Of a DNA stretch of 64,000 bases, positions 59,660-64,000 are shown piece after piece. Within the stretch, counting starts at the first letter, position 1, and each line of letters starts with the position of its first letter. This stretch comes from a bacterium. Lineage in GTDB: Bacteria > Verrucomicrobiota > Verrucomicrobiia > Methylacidiphilales > Verrucolacustridaceae. The notes beneath the pieces were generated by a model. That model ran no database searches. It worked only from the letters and a program-made list of their open reading frames with translations, and was not told the origin of the DNA. The stretch spans positions 2,807 through 66,806 of the forward strand of contig JAZDII010000086.1 of assembly GCA_043805085.1 (NCBI GenBank), given 5' to 3'. The position numbers were made by a program, and so were the translations under genes.

Positions 59660-60811
59660 ATGCTTCCGCGCCATTCTTGGGAAGAAAACGAGCGGCGTTT
59701 TCTTGCGCCTTACGCCATTTTCAGCGCGGACAGCCTCGGACGGCGTTATCCGGAAAAAGAACATCCCCTCCGCGCCGAATTTCAGCGCGACCGCGACCGC
59801 ATCATCCACAGCACCGCCTTTCGCAGGCTGGAATACAAAACCCAAGTCGTCATCAACGGCGCAGGTGACCATTTCCGCACCCGCTTGACGCACACTATCG
59901 AAGTCGCCTCCATCTCCCGCGCCATTGCCCGCGCGCTTGCGTTGAACGAGGACTTGGCGGAGGCCATCGCCCTTGCGCACGACCTCGGCCACCCTCCTTT
60001 TGGCCATCACGGGGAGGATACGCTCAACCAACTCATGGCCATGCACGGCGGGTTTGAACACAACAAGCAAAGCCTCCGTATCGTAGAAGAGTTAGAGATG
60101 AAGTATCCCGAATTTAACGGCCTCAACCTCACCCAAGAAACACGCGACGGCATCCGCCAAGGCCATCACTCCTCTCCAACCGATGAGCTTCAGCCCTCTC
60201 TGGAAGCGCAAATCACCGACATCGCCGATGAAATCGCTTACTGCTGCCACGATCTCGACGACATTCTGCAACACAATTTGCTCGACGTTAAACTCCTCCC
60301 CCAAGTCGCCCTATGCCAAAAAATAGACGCTTCCATTCGTCAACAATACCCCTCTCTTGACGCCAAACATTACCGGCTTTACCTCATCCGATGTCTGATT
60401 GACACCATGGCGGCAGACCTTTACCGCCAATCCGCCGACAACCTCGCCCAACATCCACCCGCCGACGCCCAAGCCGCGCGGCAACTTGACCGCCGCCTCA
60501 TCGCCTTCAGTCCTGAAATGCGCGAGCAGGCCAAGGAACTGCACGGCTTCCTTTATCAACATTTTTACGAACATCCGAAAATCGCCAAAGTCAAAGAACG
60601 CGCTTGCTCCATGCTCCAAGCTCTCTTTGACTTCTTTAACCGCAACCCGCGCCTCATCGGTGACAAAACCGCCGCGCGCATCGAAAAAGAAGGCAAAGAA
60701 CGCGCCGTTTGCGACTACATCGCCGGCATGACCGACCGTTACGCCATCCAACTTTACGCGCAACATTTCGGCGCAAAGGATTTACAACAGGAACTCGGCC
60801 TTCTTTTTTGA
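59660..60811 (+). CDS. dgt: dGTP triphosphohydrolase-like HD-domain protein
   Basis: The sequence shows FQRDRDRIIHS.AFRRL..KTQV, RLTHTIEV and HDLGHPPFGH. The start is ATG 59660 (MLPRHSWEE...) or ATG 59606; the track's 59546 overlaps the proS start. Confidence 0.85.
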   Translation: MLPRHSWEENERRFLAPYAIFSADSLGRRYPEKEHPLRAEFQRDRDRIIHSTAFRRLEYKTQVVINGAGDHFRTRLTHTIEVASISRAIARALALNEDLAEAIALAHDLGHPPFGHHGEDTLNQLMAMHGGFEHNKQSLRIVEELEMKYPEFNGLNLTQETRDGIRQGHHSSPTDELQPSLEAQITDIADEIAYCCHDLDDILQHNLLDVKLLPQVALCQKIDASIRQQYPSLDAKHYRLYLIRCLIDTMAADLYRQSADNLAQHPPADAQAARQLDRRLIAFSPEMREQAKELHGFLYQHFYEHPKIAKVKERACSMLQALFDFFNRNPRLIGDKTAARIEKEGKERAVCDYIAGMTDRYAIQLYAQHFGAKDLQQELGLLF

Positions 60812-60863
60812 ACTTACCCTATAAAAGTGCAGCCTATCGCAAAAAATCCAGCTCCCTCTTCAT

Positions 60864-60894
60864 GTCATTCCCGCTTTTAGCGGGAATCCAGAGG
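60864..60894. repeat. Palindromic repeat, subtype A (gtcattcccgcttttagcgggaatccagagg)
   Basis: This is the same family as 34975-35001. Its 3' arm ggaatccagagg (60883-60894) is the exact reverse complement of 60913-60924. Confidence 0.7.
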
Positions 60895-60912
60895 GCTAAA
60901 GGGAAATATTGG

Positions 60913-60950
60913 CCTCTGGATTCCCGACTCGCTTCGCTCTCGAGAATGAC
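60913..60950. repeat. Palindromic repeat, subtype B, inverted (cctctggattcccgactcgcttcgctctcgagaatgac)
   Basis: Its reverse complement, gtcattctcgagagcgaagcgagtcgggaatccagagg, differs from the copy at 52341-52375 at only two positions within the shared 35 nt. Confidence 0.7.
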
Positions 60951-61030
60951 AGAAAGCGTCATTTTCTTACAGCAGCAATGTGAACATTTTCTTTGCAAAA
61001 TAAAAAGCGGCTTTATGATATTTCCTTTCC

Positions 61031-61720
61031 ATGAAACGTTGTTTTTTGATTGTCATCCTTGCTCTGCAGCTAGGAGCTCTCTCTGCCTTCGCCAACGAAC
61101 ACATTGTCGTTAGCGGCGGGCCTGCGCTTTTTTACTTTGAAAAGCACAAAGCCAAGCCCCACGACAAATATTGGGGCAACTTCATCGACGCCGCCGCCGC
61201 CAAAATCCGCAGCATCAAACCTTCCGTGCCTTCAGGCGACACGATTACGTGGATGGTCTACCGCACCGGCTATGAAAAGCGCGGCAAGGAACAAGGCGAT
61301 GATCTTCTCGCTACCATCGCCGAACGCGCCAAAATATTGGGCGCCAACCTCGTTTATTTTAACGACCGCAAGGAATTCCTTAATTACCTCAACGACCGCC
61401 CCGACAACAACCTCATCGCGCGGTTAGAATACTTCGGCCATTCTAATAAACGCAACTGGATGTTTGATTACAGCAACAGACTGGACGGCTCATCCATCGA
61501 ACCCGCGATGCTGCATATTTGGAATCTTAAAAACATCGACAGCGGCATTTTCGCGTCCGACGCAGTTTGCCAGAGCTGGGGCTGTCATTCGGGCGAAGAA
61601 TACTCGGCGGCTTGGTTCAAACGCACAGGACGGCGCATGACGGGCGCCATCGGCAAAACCGATTACTCCCAAGGCGGCCTGCCGTTTCTCTCCACGGAAG
61701 GAGGCAAGTGGGTTCAATGA
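61031..61720 (+). CDS. Secreted hypothetical protein
   Basis: The 229-aa protein has a signal peptide (LALQLGALSAFANE). It contains conserved-looking YFGHSNKRNW and CQSWGCHSGEE segments. I recognise no family. Confidence 0.6.
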   Translation: MKRCFLIVILALQLGALSAFANEHIVVSGGPALFYFEKHKAKPHDKYWGNFIDAAAAKIRSIKPSVPSGDTITWMVYRTGYEKRGKEQGDDLLATIAERAKILGANLVYFNDRKEFLNYLNDRPDNNLIARLEYFGHSNKRNWMFDYSNRLDGSSIEPAMLHIWNLKNIDSGIFASDAVCQSWGCHSGEEYSAAWFKRTGRRMTGAIGKTDYSQGGLPFLSTEGGKWVQ

Positions 61721-62394
61721 AAAAAATCTCTTACTTCTTAACTCTATTCCTTTGCGCGACGGTTTTGTCTTGGGCCGAAGCTCCGGTTATTGAAACGGCT
61801 CCTAAAAAAGAACCTCAACCTGAAACAACGGCGACGAACGAGGTCAAACCAACCGAGCCGCCTGCTTCTCAATCTGCTTCCACAAATCAATCAACCGAAG
61901 CACCGGCAGAAACGGAAGACGAAGAGACTCCTTATCCTCAATCTCATGCCACCTCTGAAAAATCAGACACTCCGTCCAAACCCAGCGCGCCGCCTTCCAA
62001 ATACGGTGACGCTTCCGGCAAAGCATGGATCGGCCAGCGCGTCGTCGCGGAACGATACGCCGGTTGGGGCTGGATCAAGGAAGACGGCCAAAACTGGCGC
62101 AACTCCAAATGGATCATGCTTGAAGAACAACCCGGCAAAATCAACGCGCCCCAGCGTTTCTATTCCAACCGGGAAGCCTCTCACAACATGCAATTTCGCC
62201 TCTACGGAGAATTCGCTTCCTATAAAGGCTACGAACCCAACGCCGACGCCCTCGTCCCTGTCTTTGTTTTAAAAGGTTTTGAAACCATCGGCCAAGGCGA
62301 ACCCATCAACCTGCCCATGCCCGGCCCTTCGGGCGCGCGCAAAGGCCGCATCTCCGAACGCGGCGTGAACTCTGCTGCGCGGTTTGGAAGATAA
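61717..62394 (+). CDS. Secreted hypothetical protein with a Pro/Glu/Thr/Ser-rich linker
   Basis: The ATG at 61717 overlaps the upstream stop (ATGA). A signal peptide (FLCATVLSWAEA) is followed by an ~80-aa low-complexity PETS linker. The C-terminal ~120 aa form a globular, Trp-rich region. Confidence 0.6.
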   Translation: MKKISYFLTLFLCATVLSWAEAPVIETAPKKEPQPETTATNEVKPTEPPASQSASTNQSTEAPAETEDEETPYPQSHATSEKSDTPSKPSAPPSKYGDASGKAWIGQRVVAERYAGWGWIKEDGQNWRNSKWIMLEEQPGKINAPQRFYSNREASHNMQFRLYGEFASYKGYEPNADALVPVFVLKGFETIGQGEPINLPMPGPSGARKGRISERGVNSAARFGR

Positions 62395-62398
62395 TAAA

Positions 62399-63628
62399 AT
62401 GAAGAATATAGAAAAACGACGCGGCGATTTTCCAATCCTTCATCAACAAGTCAACGGCCATCCCCTCTCCTATCTCGACAACGCCGCCACAACGCAAAAA
62501 CCGCGCGCTGTCATTGACGCCCTTGTTCGCTTCTACGAGCAAGACAACAGCAACGTCCACCGCGGCATTCACACCTTAAGCAATCGCTCCACGGAAGCCT
62601 TTGAAAACGCGCGCAAACGCGTCGCCCAATTTATTAACGCGGCGGAAACGGAAGAAATCGTCTTCACGCGCGGCACGACAGAAAGCATCAATCTCGTCGC
62701 CGCTTCATGGGGCGCAGCCAACCTGCGCGCCAACGACACAATCTTGCTCACGGAAATGGAGCATCACAGTAACCTCGTGCCTTGGCAAATGCTTGCCGCC
62801 AAAACCGGCGCGCGTTTAAAATTTCTTCCCGTTAATCTTCAAACCGGTTTGCTTGACCTTGAACCACTCCCTCAATTACTAAAAAACGGCGTCAAGATTT
62901 TCGCCTTCACTCATATCTCCAACACGCTTGGAACGGTCAATCCCGTCGAAGACATCTGCAAACTCGCGCGGCAACACGGCGTGGTCACGTTGATTGACGC
63001 CGCCCAAAGCGCAGGCCACCGGCCGCTCGACGTGCAACGCATCGGTTGCGATTTCCTTGCCTTTTCCAGCCACAAAACATGCGGGCCGACAGGCATCGGC
63101 GTTCTCTATGGCCGCCGCGCCTTGTTGGAAGCAATGCCTCCTTACCAAGGCGGCGGGGAAATGATTAACTCCGTCACGCTGGAATCCAGCTCGTACAAAC
63201 CCGCTCCGCACAAATTTGAAGCCGGAACGCCCAACATCGCCGGAGCCGTCGGCCTCCGCGCCGCGTTGGATTATCTCGACGAAGTAGGGCGCGAAAACAT
63301 CGCCCGACACGACCGCGAGCTGGCCGCTTACGCTTATCAACGTCTTTCGGAAATCAACGGCCTCAACATCATCGGCCCCGCGCAAAACCGCGCCGGCCTT
63401 GTCAGCTTTTACTTCAAAGACATCCACGCGCACGACATCGTCCACCTCGCCGATCAAGAAGGCATCGCCCTGCGCGGCGGCCACCACTGCAACCAGCCGC
63501 TCATGCGCAAATTCGGCATCGCCTCCACTGCCCGCGCCAGCTTTTATTTCTACAACACGCCGGAAGAAATTGACTATCTCGTTGCCGCGCTGCAACGCAT
63601 CCAGAAATTTTTAAACCGTGGAACTTGA
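62399..63628 (+). CDS. sufS: Cysteine desulfurase, SufS type
   Basis: The sequence shows LDNAATTQKP, EHHSNLVPW, the PLP lysine in FSSHKTCGPTGIG, and the catalytic Cys in RGGHHCNQPL. I prefer the ATG at 62399 to the track's TTG at 62384. Confidence 0.9.
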   Translation: MKNIEKRRGDFPILHQQVNGHPLSYLDNAATTQKPRAVIDALVRFYEQDNSNVHRGIHTLSNRSTEAFENARKRVAQFINAAETEEIVFTRGTTESINLVAASWGAANLRANDTILLTEMEHHSNLVPWQMLAAKTGARLKFLPVNLQTGLLDLEPLPQLLKNGVKIFAFTHISNTLGTVNPVEDICKLARQHGVVTLIDAAQSAGHRPLDVQRIGCDFLAFSSHKTCGPTGIGVLYGRRALLEAMPPYQGGGEMINSVTLESSSYKPAPHKFEAGTPNIAGAVGLRAALDYLDEVGRENIARHDRELAAYAYQRLSEINGLNIIGPAQNRAGLVSFYFKDIHAHDIVHLADQEGIALRGGHHCNQPLMRKFGIASTARASFYFYNTPEEIDYLVAALQRIQKFLNRGT

Positions 63629-64000
63629 CGAATTATACCAAGACATCATCCTCGACCACTCGCGCCGTCCCCGCAACTACGGCGAACTGGCCGCCGCCAA
63701 TGTCCATGCGAACGGCGATAATCCTTCCTGCGGCGACGAAATCGCAGTGCACCTCCGCTTGAACGAGCGCGGCGTGGTGGAAGACATCCGCTTCACCGGC
63801 CAAGGCTGCGCCATCAGCCAAGCCGCCGCTTCCCTGATGACGCTTCAGGTCAAAGGCAAAACACGCGATGAAGCGTTGGCCCTTGTCGCGGAATTTCAGA
63901 ATATGCTGACCGGCGGGCCAAAAAATTCTCCCGCTTCTCCGACCCTCGGCGATTTACGAATCTTCCAAGGCGTCCAAAAATTTCCCCAGCGCGTCAAATG
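63618..64000 (+). CDS. sufU: SufU/IscU-like Fe-S cluster scaffold; partial, runs off the right edge
   Basis: This frame is absent from the track because it has no stop in the window. Hand translation from GTG 63618 gives ELDELYQDIILDHSRRPRNYGEL...NPSCGDEIAVHL...IRFTGQGCAISQAAASLM...FPQRVK, with the three conserved Cys contexts of SufU. Confidence 0.8.
   Translation, partial: MELDELYQDIILDHSRRPRNYGELAAANVHANGDNPSCGDEIAVHLRLNERGVVEDIRFTGQGCAISQAAASLMTLQVKGKTRDEALALVAEFQNMLTGGPKNSPASPTLGDLRIFQGVQKFPQRVK

Noticed and set aside
59567-60070. The proS ORF in the track carries a 168-residue N-terminal extension.
   Set aside because: The extension is not homologous to ProRS and overlaps the divergent dgt gene. 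The conserved ProRS N-terminus (MKWSQAHISTLREAP) begins at the ATG at 59566.
60864-60950. I considered whether the repeated hairpins here, and at 34975 and 52341, form a CRISPR array.
   Set aside because: The copies are dispersed tens of kb apart or inverted head to head. There is no regular repeat-spacer periodicity and no cas genes.

Overview
This 64-kb window is a gene-dense bacterial chromosome segment with about 65 protein genes. I found no rRNA, tRNA, CRISPR array, transposase or integrase. BamD-like and LptE-like genes indicate a diderm, and the gene content would fit a PVC/Verrucomicrobia-like organism, but without a marker RNA I cannot assign it. Most of the window is housekeeping: sdhCAB, nadE, nadK, leuA-ilvC-ilvN, ligA, a PFOR, ispF-tmk-holB-thiE, wza/wzc, rdgB, leuS, comM, proS, dgt and sufS-sufU. 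Several accessory blocks interrupt this core. (1) 5656-12024 is an intact phage-virion-like module: an N4-gp56-like capsid, an ~800-aa beta-rich protein and fibre-like proteins. It has no portal, terminase, integrase or lysis genes, sits directly against sdhB, and is my top candidate for an undescribed or domesticated system. (2) 21792-31778 is a lipid/glycolipid cluster with an ACP-dehydratase fusion, a KAS, an SDR, a GSA-type aminotransferase, an SCP2-like protein and four glycosyltransferases. (3) 15120-17239 is an A/T-rich two-gene cassette of unknown proteins downstream of a soluble hybrid histidine kinase. (4) 31815-33396 is a small islet carrying hicBA, a secreted nuclease and a GNAT. 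(5) 55592-56016 is a GIY-YIG gene enclosed by ~60-70 bp inverted repeats, inserted at the comM stop codon. (6) A family of 'gtcattc...gggaatccag' palindromic repeats lies in intergenic gaps. ligA is split by a +1 frameshift in an A8 run. Every family assignment rests on motifs I read in the translations and on recall of those families; no database search was run.
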